A stretch of 64,000 bases of DNA from Nitrospirota bacterium (GCA_021789495.1 JAJYJM010000002.1:26399-90398), one strand, 5' to 3'. Shown: positions 30,990-42,397, counted from the first letter of the stretch. Translations and numbers: made by a program. Notes: generated from the sequence alone by a model not told the origin.

Positions 30990-33361
30990 TGGACGAACAC
31001 GCATTAAAGGTCCTTGAATTTTACAAAGTGATCGAGGCCGTATCCGCCCGCGCGGCATCGGAACCCGGGCAGGCCGAAGCGCTCACAATCGCTCCTTTAA
31101 CCGATATAAAAGAGGTGACCCTTCGGCTCCGGGAAGCCGACGAGCTTAAAAGATACCTCTCCTCCCGCCATGAATTCCCGATACGCGGCCTTCAGGACAT
31201 TTCCCCGCAGCTTAAAAAGGCGGCTGTCGAAGGGGCGGCGCTAAGCCCGCAGGAACTCCTGTGCGTGCTCTCCGTGGCGAAGGCTTCCCGGCTTATGAAA
31301 TCGGCCCTGGCGAAGGTTAAGCAGGAGTATCCTGTTTTAGTCAGAAGAGGCTCGAGCCTCTCGGTTTTTGAAAACATTGAGAACGAAATTACCCGCGCGA
31401 TAGGCGAGGACGGCGAAGTTCTCGACTCTGCATCCCCGGAGCTCAAAAGGATACGGGTCTCGGCTGCGCAGGCCCGTTTCCGGATTAACCGGGAGCTTGA
31501 AGGTATAATCCAGGACTCGTCGCTCTCGAAGGCCGTGCAGGAGCCTGTGATAACCATGCGCGGCGAGAGATACGTGCTTCCGCTAAAAACCAACTTCCGC
31601 ACATACCTCCAGGGAATCGTCCACGACCACTCACAAAGCGGCTCTACCGTTTTCGTGGAGCCTGAGAAGACTGTAGAGCTTAACAACCGCCTTGTGAGCC
31701 TTAAAAGAGACGAGAGCCGCGAGATAGAAAGGATACTGTGGCGTCTCACGGGAACCGTCCGGGAAAACGGCGGCGGACTGGAGGCGTCATATCTTGCCCT
31801 TGTAAAGCTCGACGCGCTTTATGCAATCGCGTCGTTTGCCATTGAAACCGGCGGGAATCTGCCGTCCGTCAACGACAAGGGATACATGGATCTCAAGGAC
31901 GCCAGACACCCACTGCTTATAATGTCCAAGGGCATGGAGAATACCGTGCCGCTGGATATGCGGCTTGGGCGCGATTTCGACACGCTCGTCATCACCGGCC
32001 CGAATACCGGCGGGAAAACGGTCGTCTTAAAGACCGTGGGCCTGCTTGTCCTCATGGCGCAGGCCGGGCTTCTCATTCCCGCCGCGCCGGACTCCTCTAT
32101 TTCCGTGTTCGACGGAGTATACTCGGATATCGGAGACGAGCAGAGCGTCGAGCAGAACTTAAGCACGTTCTCCTCGCACATGAATCAAATCGTTCATATG
32201 CTGAAAGAGGCGGCCAGGAATTCGTTGCTCCTGCTCGACGAGCTCGGCGCGGGAACGGACCCGTCCGAGGGTTCCGCGCTCGGCGTCGCCGTCATCGAGG
32301 ATCTGCACAGGCGCGGCGCTAAAACAGTCGTCACGACGCACCACGGCGCGCTCAAAGTCTTCGCATCCAATACCCCCGGCGTGATGAACGCCTCGGTAGA
32401 GTTCGACCCTGTCACGCTCATGCCGACATACCGCCTTGCAATTGGCCGTCCCGGCAGGAGCAGCGCGATACTTGTCGCCTCGCGGCTCGGTATGCCGAAA
32501 GGCGTCCTTGAGCGGGCAAAGGAGAGCCGGGCGGCGGGCGAGGCGGAGCTTGACACGCTCATCGAGAAGCTTGAGAAAGAGGCCCAGGCCGCGCGCGAGG
32601 ACAGGCGCAAGGCCGCGCAGGAGGCCCTTGAGGCCAGGGCCGAGAAGGAGCGGCTCCAGGGGCTTGTAAGGCGGGCGGAGGACGAGCGCAGGGAGGCCGT
32701 CAGGAAGGCCAAGGAGAAGGCACAGAATGTAATTAATCAACTGAAGTTCAAGCTCCGGGATTTGGACGAACTGACAAAGAAAGCCTCGAAGGGGCCTGAA
32801 CGCGCAGAAGTAAAAAAACGGGCCGAAGAGGTTCAGACCCTTGAGGCGCAGTTGAATGACGCCGAGGCCGCCGCGCCGATTAGAAAGCTGGAGATCGAAT
32901 CCCTCTCCGTCGGGGACTCGGTGAAGGTCTACAAATACAATAGACTGGGTCAGGTAATCGAGATAAAGCGCGACAGGCAAAAGGTGGTCGTTCAGCTTGG
33001 GACGATGCGCGTTACGCTGTCCCCGGACGAGCTTGAGCTTTCCACTCGCGCGGCTCCGGGCAGGGCGAAGACGCAGGCCTTCACGGTAACGAGGGCCGAA
33101 GAAGAGGAAGAGGAATCTCCCGGCATGGAGATAAACATCATCGGCCTTCGCGTGGAGGAGGCGCTCCCGAAGGTGCAGAAGTTCCTGGACAAGACCATGC
33201 TATCCGGCATGGGCAGCGTAAGGATTATCCACGGGCGCGGCACGGGGGCACTAAGGAAGGCCGTCCGCGAGGAGCTTATCGTCACCCCCGGCGTGAAGGA
33301 CTTCCATGACGAGACCTCCGAGCATGGCGGCGACGCGGTAACGGTGGTGGGGTTTAAGTAA
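30989..33361 (+). CDS. mutS2: Endonuclease MutS2
   Basis: TGPNTGGKT, DIGDEQS, LDELGAGTDP, coiled coil, and Smr domain IIHGRGTG. Confidence 0.96.
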   Translation: MDEHALKVLEFYKVIEAVSARAASEPGQAEALTIAPLTDIKEVTLRLREADELKRYLSSRHEFPIRGLQDISPQLKKAAVEGAALSPQELLCVLSVAKASRLMKSALAKVKQEYPVLVRRGSSLSVFENIENEITRAIGEDGEVLDSASPELKRIRVSAAQARFRINRELEGIIQDSSLSKAVQEPVITMRGERYVLPLKTNFRTYLQGIVHDHSQSGSTVFVEPEKTVELNNRLVSLKRDESREIERILWRLTGTVRENGGGLEASYLALVKLDALYAIASFAIETGGNLPSVNDKGYMDLKDARHPLLIMSKGMENTVPLDMRLGRDFDTLVITGPNTGGKTVVLKTVGLLVLMAQAGLLIPAAPDSSISVFDGVYSDIGDEQSVEQNLSTFSSHMNQIVHMLKEAARNSLLLLDELGAGTDPSEGSALGVAVIEDLHRRGAKTVVTTHHGALKVFASNTPGVMNASVEFDPVTLMPTYRLAIGRPGRSSAILVASRLGMPKGVLERAKESRAAGEAELDTLIEKLEKEAQAAREDRRKAAQEALEARAEKERLQGLVRRAEDERREAVRKAKEKAQNVINQLKFKLRDLDELTKKASKGPERAEVKKRAEEVQTLEAQLNDAEAAAPIRKLEIESLSVGDSVKVYKYNRLGQVIEIKRDRQKVVVQLGTMRVTLSPDELELSTRAAPGRAKTQAFTVTRAEEEEEESPGMEINIIGLRVEEALPKVQKFLDKTMLSGMGSVRIIHGRGTGALRKAVREELIVTPGVKDFHDETSEHGGDAVTVVGFK

Positions 33362-33398
33362 TAGATTCGGTCACTATAATTTTAACCCGGAGAGTATT

Positions 33399-34394
33399 AT
33401 GGACGAGAGAAGTATGCCCATCGTAAGCGTTGTAATACCTGTATACAACTGCGAAGCCTTCATCCGAGAGACAGTCGAGAGCGCCCTGGCGCAGACGTAT
33501 CCGAACATCGAGATAATGGTGGTGGACGACGGCTCGACCGACGGCACTAAAAAACAAATTGAAGACCTGATAAAAGACCGCCGGATAAAATATATATTCC
33601 AGGAAAACGCCGGCCCGGGGGTCGCGCGCAATACCGGCATAAAGAATACGTTGGGAGAGCTTATAGCCCTCCTCGACCACGATGATTTATGGATGCCGGA
33701 AAAGATCGAGAAGCAGGTTCAATTCATACGTGAGAATCCGTGGGCGGATATTGTCTTCTGCGAAGGCTATGGTTTCGATGAAAAGGGGAATGATAAAAGG
33801 AGGATGGCAAGGGCTGAAAAGCGCATAAAAATGATACACAAGGTTTTGATTAAGAAAAAGAAAGAAGAGAACGGCGTTCTCCGGCCAGATTTTACAGATA
33901 TGATTTGCGAGGGGATAATCCGTTCGCCAACTTCAGTCATGTTTAAACGGCGCGCATTTGAATTAACCGGGGATTTTGCAAAAAATAAAGTGGATGATTG
34001 GATAGATGACGATTGGGACATGTGGCTTCGCATGGCTGCAAAGGGCCTGAAGTTTGCCTATGTTTGCGAGGTGCTGTTTAAAAAAAGGGCGCACTCTGCG
34101 AATCTGACAAAGTTATTAATGGCTAAAACTGAACCAAGCAGGAAAACTCCCAACTCTTTTGAGTCATTTATGGAAGGTTCGTCCGAGAAGAATACGCCGA
34201 TTGCAAAAGTGTGGTCTGCAACCAATGCGTTTTCTTGGTCGCGCAATTCGATGTCCCAGGGCAACTTACGCGACGGCGTGGGTTTCGGCTTAAGAGCCGC
34301 CAGATTTAATAAAAAATACTATCTTAAACTGCCGGGACTCCTTGTGCGATATTTCAGATTCATGCTCAGACGAAAATTGGGGATTAATCAATAA
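33399..34394 (+). CDS. Glycosyltransferase family 2
   Basis: VSVVIPVYN, VDDGSTD, ARNTG, LDHDD and DWDMWLR. Confidence 0.92.
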   Translation: MDERSMPIVSVVIPVYNCEAFIRETVESALAQTYPNIEIMVVDDGSTDGTKKQIEDLIKDRRIKYIFQENAGPGVARNTGIKNTLGELIALLDHDDLWMPEKIEKQVQFIRENPWADIVFCEGYGFDEKGNDKRRMARAEKRIKMIHKVLIKKKKEENGVLRPDFTDMICEGIIRSPTSVMFKRRAFELTGDFAKNKVDDWIDDDWDMWLRMAAKGLKFAYVCEVLFKKRAHSANLTKLLMAKTEPSRKTPNSFESFMEGSSEKNTPIAKVWSATNAFSWSRNSMSQGNLRDGVGFGLRAARFNKKYYLKLPGLLVRYFRFMLRRKLGINQ

Positions 34395-34430
34395 TCCCTC
34401 TCGCAAGCCCTTTAATTTTCATTGATTTTG

Positions 34431-34448
34431 TTATACTATATAGTATAA
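34431..34448. promoter_or_regulatory. Perfect 18-bp palindrome overlapping the probable dnaG promoter
   Basis: TTATACTATATAGTATAA lies just downstream of TTGATT (34422) and overlaps a -10-like TAAAAT. Confidence 0.4.
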
Positions 34449-34481
34449 AATAGTTAGTTCACGCTTTTATAAGGCAGTGAT

Positions 34482-36347
34482 TTGAACGGCTTAATAACGG
34501 ATGAGGCGTTAGAGCGGGTGCGTTCCGCGACGGACATCGTCGAGCTTGTCTCCCAGCACGTCTCGCTGAAGAAGAGCGGCGCGAACTACCTGGGCCTGTG
34601 CCCGTTCCACCAGGAGAAGACGCCGTCGTTCACCGTAAGCCCGTCCAAGCAGATATTCCACTGCTTCGGATGCGGGGCGGGCGGGGACGCCGTCGGCTTC
34701 GTTATGCGCCAGGGAAACTACTCCTTCCCGGACGCGGTGCAATTCCTGGCCGACAGAGCGGGTATAGAGCTTCCTGAGCGGACAGCCGGAAGCCGGTCTG
34801 CCGGCGAGGATTGGGATAAATTAATCGCCGCGAACGAGGCGGCGGCGAAATTCTACCAGGAGCGGCTCTGGAATTCGCCGGACGGGGAAAAGGCGGTAAA
34901 ATACCTCGAAGGACGCAGCATGCCGGAAGACGCGGCAAAGGGCTTTGAGCTGGGTTACTCCTCGGTCTCGTGGGACGCGCTTCTGACCCATTTAAAGGCC
35001 GGGGGACACGATTCCCGCATAATCGAAAAAGCGGGTCTTGCGATAAAAAAGACTGATGGGACGGGCAGTTACGACCGATTCCGCGACAGACTGATGTTCC
35101 CCATAAGAGACGTCAAGGGAAGGTGCATCGGTTTCGGCGGAAGGGCTTTAAAAAACGAGGAGTTACCAAAATATCTAAACTCTCCGGAGACGCCGCTGTT
35201 CAAAAAGGGCGAAACGCTCTATGGTATTGATTTTGCAAAGGAAGAAATACGCAAGAAGGACTACGCGGTAATCGTCGAAGGCTACATGGACGCCATCGCC
35301 TGCCACAGGGCGGGAATAACGAATGCGACGGCGACCTTGGGAACGGCGCTAACCACTGGACATTTAAGGCTTTTATCGCGCTTCAGCAGGAACGTATTAT
35401 TGGTCTTCGACGCCGACGAAGCGGGCCGGAAGGCGGCAGCGCGCTCCCTGGAAGTTTTCCTGTCCTTTGGCCCCAAAATGGCCGCGAAAGTCGCGCTCTT
35501 GCCCCAGGGAGACGACCCGGACAGCCTCCTTGCGCGAGAAGGCCCCGATGCCCTCAAGGAAGCATTTAAAGGGCGCGAAAAGCTTCTCGAATTTGTAATC
35601 AAACGGGAGGCATCCGCCGTCTCCGATATAGACGGGAAAATCAAGGCCGCAGGGACAATTACCGGTATACTCGCGCGTCTGGACGATGCGGTCGAGAGAA
35701 GCCATTACCTGAAGATGGCCGCATCCGAGCTTGGAGTCGAGGAGTCGGCATTAAAAGAAGAACTGGAGAAAAAGATTAACGGCGGCGCAAAGACCGGGGT
35801 TTATCGTTCCGGGGTCGCCAATAAAAAACTGGCCCCTATGGATAAAATCGAAGCGGGGCTTATCCAGGCAGCGCTTAAAGACCCTGAGGCGGCACTGTAC
35901 GCGGCGGATAATTTGGTGCCGGATGATTTTTCGGACGAGAGGCTGAAAAAAATAGCCGAAGCTCTTTTCCGAATGGCCCTCGGAGGGGACTCGGTTTTAG
36001 TCCCGAAGCTCTTGGACGCGCTCCCGGACGAGGACATGAAGCGGACGGCGTTGGAGCTGTCATTAAAAGAGTTCGAGAAAGCCCACTATGGCAAGATGGA
36101 AGATCCTGAGAGCTTCGTGAAGGGGGCAGTCGGCACGTTAACGGAGTCCCGTTATAAGAGGGTAGTTGAGGAGGTGAATGCCCTCCTTGAGAAGGCAAAC
36201 GCCTTAGGCGAGCCGGTGGCGGTAAAGGAGTTGTCCGACTTCCGGATGAAGATGATGAAGGCTTTATCAGGCAAGGACTTTGAGCTTTTAAATAAACTGC
36301 AGAAGGAGTTAACCGAATGGCAAAAGAAGAGAAGCTGGACGAAGTAA
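34482..36347 (+). CDS. dnaG: DNA primase
   Basis: [15 protein letters not shown] zinc finger, [13 protein letters not shown] and DADEAG. TTG start. Confidence 0.97.
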   Translation: MNGLITDEALERVRSATDIVELVSQHVSLKKSGANYLGLCPFHQEKTPSFTVSPSKQIFHCFGCGAGGDAVGFVMRQGNYSFPDAVQFLADRAGIELPERTAGSRSAGEDWDKLIAANEAAAKFYQERLWNSPDGEKAVKYLEGRSMPEDAAKGFELGYSSVSWDALLTHLKAGGHDSRIIEKAGLAIKKTDGTGSYDRFRDRLMFPIRDVKGRCIGFGGRALKNEELPKYLNSPETPLFKKGETLYGIDFAKEEIRKKDYAVIVEGYMDAIACHRAGITNATATLGTALTTGHLRLLSRFSRNVLLVFDADEAGRKAAARSLEVFLSFGPKMAAKVALLPQGDDPDSLLAREGPDALKEAFKGREKLLEFVIKREASAVSDIDGKIKAAGTITGILARLDDAVERSHYLKMAASELGVEESALKEELEKKINGGAKTGVYRSGVANKKLAPMDKIEAGLIQAALKDPEAALYAADNLVPDDFSDERLKKIAEALFRMALGGDSVLVPKLLDALPDEDMKRTALELSLKEFEKAHYGKMEDPESFVKGAVGTLTESRYKRVVEEVNALLEKANALGEPVAVKELSDFRMKMMKALSGKDFELLNKLQKELTEWQKKRSWTK

Positions 36348-38146
36348 AACAGTTAATCAGCGTCGGGAAGGAAAAGGGCTACCTGACCTACGACGATTTG
36401 AATAACGTTCTGCCGCCCGAAATTTCGTCCTCCGAGCAGATAGAGAATATAATGAACATCTTCGGGGACATGGACATCGAGGTTATCGATTCCGGGCAGG
36501 AGGAGCGCTACGCCCGGATAATCGAGGCGGAAGAGGAGGAAGAAACTGCAAAAACCCGCACCTACGCCGACCTCGATTTCGAGGAAGAGGGCGAGGAGGA
36601 AGAGGAGGAAGAAGCCCTCGACTTAACCCCCGGCGCCATAGGCAAGACGGACGACCCGGTGCGTATGTATCTCCGGGAGATGGGGACGGTATCCCTTCTT
36701 TCCCGCGAGGGCGAGATAGTCATCGCAAAGCGCATCGAGGACGGCCAGAGGGAAATTGCCAAGGTCATGTACAGCATGCCCGCCGCGCTCAAAGAGCTTG
36801 TCTTGCTTGGCGACAAGCTCAAGAGAGGCCGCCTGGGCGTCCGGGACATCGTGCATACATACGAGGAGGAGTTCGAGGAGATAGAGGAGATAAACGAGGA
36901 AGAGTTAAAGGAGAAGACGATAACCCTTCTTGACGATGCGACCGCCCTCTACGAAAGGCTTATCCCTCAGCTCATCGAGCTTAAAAAGCCGAACCTCTCC
37001 GAATCGAAGCAGAAGAGGCTTAAAGGCTCTGTCCGCCAGATAAAGAAGGAGCTTTCCGAGAAGCTCGATATGGTAAACCTGCACCCCAGGCAGGTGGAGC
37101 TTGTCGCGCAGAAGCTAAGAGATTATGCCTGGACGGTTATGGAGGCCGAGAAGGACATAAGGGCGTGCGCAAGGCGCGCCGGCGTAACCATCGATGAACT
37201 GCACAATATATTTCTGAAGCCCCGCCCGGAAAAGGGGAAGGTTAAAGTCCCGAAGAAGGTGAGGCTGACCCCCGACCAGTTCCTTGAACTGGAGAAGTCC
37301 TATGAGAACGCGAAGAAAAAACTGGAGCGCGTGCAGACGGAGACGCTTGTTGCTCCGGACGAGCTTCGGGCCGCGGTATCGTCGCTCGACAAGGGCGAGT
37401 TCAACATGAAGACAGCGAAGACGGAGCTTGTAGAGGCGAACCTCCGGCTTGTGGTTTCGATAGCGAAAAAATACACGAACAGGGGCCTTCAGTTCCTTGA
37501 CTTAATCCAGGAAGGCAATATCGGCCTGATGAAGGCGGTGGACAAGTTCGAGTATAAACGCGGCTACAAGTTCTCGACGTATGCGACGTGGTGGATACGC
37601 CAGGCTATTACGCGCGCCATAGCAGACCAGGCGCGCACCATACGCATACCTGTGCATATGATTGAGACTATCAACAAGCTTATCCGCACATCGCGGCATC
37701 TTGTGCAGGAGCTCGGACGCGAGCCGTCCCCCGAGGAAATAGCAAACGAGATGGGACTGCCGCTTGAGAAAGTCCGCAAGGTTCTGAAGATAGCGAAGGA
37801 ACCCATCTCGCTTGAGACGCCCATAGGCGAGGAAGAAGATTCCCACTTGGGCGATTTCATCGAGGACAAGCGCTCCCCGTCGCCGCTTGAGTCCGCTATA
37901 AACTACGACCTCTCCGAGCAGGTGCGCAGGGTGCTCCAGACCCTTACTCCAAGGGAGGAAAAGGTGCTTCGTAGAAGGTTCGGCATAGGCGAGGCCGCAG
38001 ACCATACATTGGAAGAGGTCGGGCAGGAGTTCGACGTAACCAGGGAGCGCATACGCCAGATTGAGGCGAAGGCCCTGCGCAAGCTTCGACATCCGTCCAG
38101 GAGCAAGAGACTTAAGAGCTTCGCGGAAGGCGGCGGCGGGGCGTAA
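36317..38146 (+). CDS. rpoD: RNA polymerase primary sigma factor
   Basis: [35 protein letters not shown] and RERIRQIE. Confidence 0.98.
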   Translation: MAKEEKLDEVKQLISVGKEKGYLTYDDLNNVLPPEISSSEQIENIMNIFGDMDIEVIDSGQEERYARIIEAEEEEETAKTRTYADLDFEEEGEEEEEEEALDLTPGAIGKTDDPVRMYLREMGTVSLLSREGEIVIAKRIEDGQREIAKVMYSMPAALKELVLLGDKLKRGRLGVRDIVHTYEEEFEEIEEINEEELKEKTITLLDDATALYERLIPQLIELKKPNLSESKQKRLKGSVRQIKKELSEKLDMVNLHPRQVELVAQKLRDYAWTVMEAEKDIRACARRAGVTIDELHNIFLKPRPEKGKVKVPKKVRLTPDQFLELEKSYENAKKKLERVQTETLVAPDELRAAVSSLDKGEFNMKTAKTELVEANLRLVVSIAKKYTNRGLQFLDLIQEGNIGLMKAVDKFEYKRGYKFSTYATWWIRQAITRAIADQARTIRIPVHMIETINKLIRTSRHLVQELGREPSPEEIANEMGLPLEKVRKVLKIAKEPISLETPIGEEEDSHLGDFIEDKRSPSPLESAINYDLSEQVRRVLQTLTPREEKVLRRRFGIGEAADHTLEEVGQEFDVTRERIRQIEAKALRKLRHPSRSKRLKSFAEGGGGA

Positions 38147-38174
38147 AATTTAAAATTACAGGAGGCAATTTCTT

Positions 38175-39530
38175 TTGGCTGACGTAATACCTTTTCGAGG
38201 ACTAAGATACAGCGAGTTGGCCGGGCTTTCCAGGCTTGTTGCGCCGCCTTACGACATAATATCGCCGCAGTACAGGCACGAGCTCTACGCCCGCGACCCG
38301 CACAATGTCGTCCGGGTAGATTTCGGGATGCCGGAAGAGGGCGACTCGGAAAGCAACAACCAGTACACGCGCGCGGCAAAGAGCCTCAAGAGGTGGCTTG
38401 GAGACGGGGTCTTGAAACGCGAGGAAAAGCCCGCGCTCTACCTCTACGAAATTGAATATGAAACCCCGCGGGGCGAGAAAAAATCCATGCGCGGCTTTAT
38501 ATGCCTGCTTAAGCTCGAAGAGTGGGACAAGGGAGTCGTCCTTCCGCATGAAGGGACGCTCAAAGGCCCCAAGGCTGACCGCTTCGAACTTCTGAAGGCC
38601 GCCTCGGCCTCCGCAAGCCAGGTCTTCGCGCTGTATTCCGACCCGGAAAAGAAGATCTCAAGGCTGCTTGCATCGGCTGTCCGCTCTGATGCCGGTCTAC
38701 CGGTAGAGGCAATCGACGACGACGGTTCAAGACACATGTTGCGGGCCGTTACGGACGCAGAGGTTATGGAGTCTATACGGAAGGCAATGGCGGACAAGAA
38801 AATTTTCATAGCCGACGGACACCACCGCTACGAGACCGCGCTTGCATACCGCGACTACAGAAGGACCGAGGCCGGGGCATGGAGAGGGGACGAAGGATTT
38901 AATTTTTTCCCTGTGTTCCTGTCCAATATGGACGAGGACGGCCTTACCATACTTCCCACTCACAGGCTGATTCTCGATGCGGGAAATCTGACGCTGGACG
39001 ACGTGCTGGAACGCTCGTCACGCTATTTCAAGGTAAAGAGGTTTCCTTTTCTTCCGGAAAACGAGGACGAGGCCCGCTCGGAGTTCCTGCGGTCGCTTGC
39101 CGAGGCCGGGGATGATTCCCATGGGCCCGGTAAACCGGTTTTCGGTTTCTGCTGGGACAGCGCCCCATGCTATTATATCCTTATATTGAAGGACATGAAT
39201 GCCGTGTCGAGGCTGCACGGGCAACGCCATTCCGAGACCTACTGCAATCTCGACGTTACGATCCTGCATTCGCTTATCGTGGAGAACGTGCTTGGAATAG
39301 ACACGGAAAAGATTTCGTCTTCCCGGCCCGTGCAGTTCGAAAAGGACGGTGAAAGGGCGATTGACCGGGTAATCTCCGGAGAATTCGCGATGTGCTTTCT
39401 TTTGAATCCGACAAAGGTCAGGGAGGTGAAAGAAGTCGCCCTGGCTAGGGAGATAATGCCTCAGAAATCGACATACTTTTATCCGAAGCTTTTGACCGGC
39501 CTGGTTATAGCGGACTTGAACCAAATATAA
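38175..39530 (+). CDS. DUF1015-family protein
   Basis: PFRG, APPYD, LPHE.T, IADGHHRYETA and MPQKSTYFYPKL. Confidence 0.9.
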   Translation: MADVIPFRGLRYSELAGLSRLVAPPYDIISPQYRHELYARDPHNVVRVDFGMPEEGDSESNNQYTRAAKSLKRWLGDGVLKREEKPALYLYEIEYETPRGEKKSMRGFICLLKLEEWDKGVVLPHEGTLKGPKADRFELLKAASASASQVFALYSDPEKKISRLLASAVRSDAGLPVEAIDDDGSRHMLRAVTDAEVMESIRKAMADKKIFIADGHHRYETALAYRDYRRTEAGAWRGDEGFNFFPVFLSNMDEDGLTILPTHRLILDAGNLTLDDVLERSSRYFKVKRFPFLPENEDEARSEFLRSLAEAGDDSHGPGKPVFGFCWDSAPCYYILILKDMNAVSRLHGQRHSETYCNLDVTILHSLIVENVLGIDTEKISSSRPVQFEKDGERAIDRVISGEFAMCFLLNPTKVREVKEVALAREIMPQKSTYFYPKLLTGLVIADLNQI

Positions 39531-39577
39531 AGGCCGTTGAAACGAGCGAATCATCGGGCAGCGAGTTCAACGGCCTT
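39530..39577. terminator. Inverted repeat (12-bp stem), possible terminator or processing stem
   Basis: AAGGCCGTTGAA ... TTCAACGGCCTT. Confidence 0.4.
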
Positions 39578-39593
39578 AAATTAGGTATTTAAT

Positions 39594-40103
39594 ATGCCGC
39601 GACAGTTTATACCCGTCGGCGAAATCTTAAAGGACGTCCTTAAGTCGCGCGGCCTGGGAAGCGGGGATTTGCTTTTCCGGATACAGCGCAACTGGGCATC
39701 GGCGGTAGGGGAAAAGATTGCTCAGCACGCCTGCCCGCACATGCTCAGGGACGGCAGACTCACCATATCCGTTGACAGCCCCGCCTGGATGTCCGAGCTT
39801 TCAATGCTTTCCCCGCAGATTATCGAAAAAATAAATTCCGGATTAAACGATGGGGCGACCGGCAACAGAGGGAATCCGCCCGGCGACGCTGTGCGAGAGC
39901 TGAAATTCCGCCTGGCCGGGCGACCGGCGGCAGATAAAGCCGACAGGCCGGCTTCCGGGGAAAACGCGCCTCCCATAAAAAAACGGGCGCTTACCCTCGA
40001 TGAGAAAACCGCCGTGGAGGCCGCCACGGCCAATATTCAAGACGGCGAGCTTCGCCTCCAGGCCGAGAGAATGCTGTCGAATTCATGCGGGAGGGAAAGA
40101 TAA
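39594..40103 (+). CDS. DUF721/DciA-family protein
   Basis: W..AVG..IAQH..P....G.L.I.V.SPAWMSEL...IIEKIN. Confidence 0.82.
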   Translation: MPRQFIPVGEILKDVLKSRGLGSGDLLFRIQRNWASAVGEKIAQHACPHMLRDGRLTISVDSPAWMSELSMLSPQIIEKINSGLNDGATGNRGNPPGDAVRELKFRLAGRPAADKADRPASGENAPPIKKRALTLDEKTAVEAATANIQDGELRLQAERMLSNSCGRER

Positions 40104-40790
40104 TTGGCCTGCGACTGCAAAAACTGCATAGTAAGAAGCCTGACGATTTTCTCGGACCTCGGCATGGGCGAGCTTGAGAAGGTAGGCTCCCTGATATACC
40201 TCAAGACCTTCCGCCGCAAGAAAGTCATATTCATCGAAGACACGCCGAGCCAGACTGTATACGTGATTCGCTCCGGCACCGTAAAGTGTTATAAGTCGCT
40301 TGCGGATGGACGTGAGCTTATAATCAGCGTCCTGGCCGCCGGAGACATGCTGGGGTTCGATTCCCTCTACGAAAACCACTACTCCAACACCGCCGAGGCC
40401 ATACAGGATACGGAACTCTGCTGTATCCGCAAAAAAGACCTGGTGGATCTGCTCCGGAAAAGCCCCGAAGTCGGAGTCCGGTTTATCAAAAAAATGAACA
40501 AGGAACTCCAGAACGCACAGGAGCGCATCCGGGACCTGGGCCTGAAGGATGCCCGCGAGCGTGTGGCGACGCTCCTTATGACGCTTTTCATCTCTCGCGG
40601 GGAGGGGCGGGGGCCGAAGTTCACGCTCTCCAGGCAGGAGATTTCCGAGATGGCCGGAGTCGCCCAGGAGACGGTGATAAGGATACTTTCCGAGTTCAAG
40701 GCCGACGGGCTGATTACCTCCGAGGGTAGGAATATAATGGTGTTAAAGCCGGAAGATCTCAAGAGGACAGCGGGGATTTTCGAGATATGA
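40104..40790 (+). CDS. Crp/Fnr-family regulator with N-terminal Cys cluster
   Basis: N-terminal CDCKNC, cNMP-like beta barrel, and HTH LSRQEISEMAGVAQETVIR. TTG start immediately after the upstream stop. Confidence 0.9.
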   Translation: MACDCKNCIVRSLTIFSDLGMGELEKVGSLIYLKTFRRKKVIFIEDTPSQTVYVIRSGTVKCYKSLADGRELIISVLAAGDMLGFDSLYENHYSNTAEAIQDTELCCIRKKDLVDLLRKSPEVGVRFIKKMNKELQNAQERIRDLGLKDARERVATLLMTLFISRGEGRGPKFTLSRQEISEMAGVAQETVIRILSEFKADGLITSEGRNIMVLKPEDLKRTAGIFEI

Positions 40791-42103
40791 AAGATTTGCG
40801 AATCTGTGCCCGGCATACAACAATTTTTCTCACTGCAATGGTGGTATTTTCGTTAGCGGCGCCGACCTTTGCCCAGCCCCTGAAAAACCCGCAGGACGAT
40901 GCAGACGCGCGGTATCGCATGGGACTTGACCTCATTAAAAAGGCCGATTACGCCCGCGCGCTTCACGAGCTGTCGATTACGGCCAGTCTTAAAAAAGGGG
41001 ACGACAAGGGAGAGGCGCGGGTCTATGACGCCGAGGGGATTGCTTATTACAAACAGGGCCTGAACATCGAGGCGCAGGGCGAGTTCGGCAAGGCCCTTTC
41101 AAAGGCCCCGGGCGATATAGACGCGCTGTATTATATCGGACTTATAAACTACAAGGTAAACGGCTACACAGCCGCCTCCCGGTATTTTAACGAAATAATC
41201 GCAGCCGGGGGAAAAGACGCGAAGGTGAGGGATTCGCTATTCAGGAAGTTTTTCAATCTGGGCATTGACTTCCAGAACCGAGGCAAGTCCAGTTCGGCGG
41301 CGGAGATGTTCGGAGAGGCGCTGGGCCTGAAGCCGGACGACCCGAAGACGCATTTCTACCGGGGACAGGACTATATGGCGCTTGAACGGTACGGTGACGC
41401 GGTCTCGGAGTTCAGGAAGGCGCTTGCATTGAAGCCTGATTCTACAAAGACAAAGGCGCAGCTTGAGGCATCGAAGAAACTGGCCGCAGAAGATGCCGTG
41501 AAAGATGCTAAAAGCGTCTTGGGCAAGGGCGAATATTACTCCGCGCTGAAGTTTTATAAACAGGCGGCGTCTTACGACCCGTCCAACGCGGATGCAAAAA
41601 AGGGAACGGCGAAAAGTTCGTCGCTGCTCGCTGCCAGGACGCGCGAGGAGTGTTCAAAAGTAAAGGCGCTGATCGAAAAGGGAGACTTTGCTGACGCGAA
41701 GGACGCGCTTGCGGCGTTAAAGAAACAGAACCCGGACTCGGACGAGGCGAAGTCATTATCTGTGGAGCTTGCCGCAAAATCCGCGCAGGCGATTAACGAT
41801 CTGTTTTCAAAGGCAAAAAAGGCCGAGGACGCCGAGGCCCTTTCAAGGGCGGAGGAATTCTATTTCAGAATACTTTTGATTGAGCCTTCAAACAAAAAAG
41901 CGGCGAATAACGAGCGGCTCATGAGCGGAAAGATAAGCGATGAGTGGAAAAAGGCGAAGGCGGCTGAGGCGGAAGGGAACCTTGCGCTGGCGGAGAAACG
42001 CCTCGAAAAGCTGGCCGTATATACGCCGGACGACCCGGTGGTAAAGGTCGATCTGAAAAGAATCATGTCCGGGATCCGGGACAAACAAAGCCATAAGCGG
42101 TAG
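40787..42103 (+). CDS. Exported tetratricopeptide-repeat protein
   Basis: Signal peptide (…APTFA) and multiple TPR-like units. Confidence 0.8.
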   Translation: MKDLRICARHTTIFLTAMVVFSLAAPTFAQPLKNPQDDADARYRMGLDLIKKADYARALHELSITASLKKGDDKGEARVYDAEGIAYYKQGLNIEAQGEFGKALSKAPGDIDALYYIGLINYKVNGYTAASRYFNEIIAAGGKDAKVRDSLFRKFFNLGIDFQNRGKSSSAAEMFGEALGLKPDDPKTHFYRGQDYMALERYGDAVSEFRKALALKPDSTKTKAQLEASKKLAAEDAVKDAKSVLGKGEYYSALKFYKQAASYDPSNADAKKGTAKSSSLLAARTREECSKVKALIEKGDFADAKDALAALKKQNPDSDEAKSLSVELAAKSAQAINDLFSKAKKAEDAEALSRAEEFYFRILLIEPSNKKAANNERLMSGKISDEWKKAKAAEAEGNLALAEKRLEKLAVYTPDDPVVKVDLKRIMSGIRDKQSHKR

Positions 42104-42337
42104 GCCGACACTCAAGTACGGCACGATGCCGCTCATGGCTCTTTGTCCGCTAAAATTAATATTCTTCCGGCGCGGCAATATATCAGAATACTGGAAAATC
42201 AGTACCGTGTTTCAGGTTTATAACCGAGATTTTCTAACTCGGAATTGACCAGCTTTAAAAATTTGGTTCTCTCTCGTTTTGTGTTGGTAAAAGAGCAGCG
42301 TTCAGAATAGGGCGCAACACACGAAAATTGAAAAGCG

Positions 42338-42359
42338 GATTCTTAGCTTCGCTCAGAAT
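42338..42359. repeat. REP-like half element (GATTCTT...CTCAGAAT family)
   Basis: GATTCTTAGCTTCGCTCAGAAT resembles 47407-47434. Confidence 0.5.
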
Positions 42360-42368
42360 AGATTTTTT

Positions 42369-42397
42369 TGTAAACCTTTGTCCCGGCTGGCCGTCTA
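42369..42397 (+). promoter_or_regulatory. ECF sigma promoter upstream of the Lys-rich protein
   Basis: TGTAAACC-N15-CGTCTA, with identical elements and spacing to 43058-43086. Confidence 0.75.
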
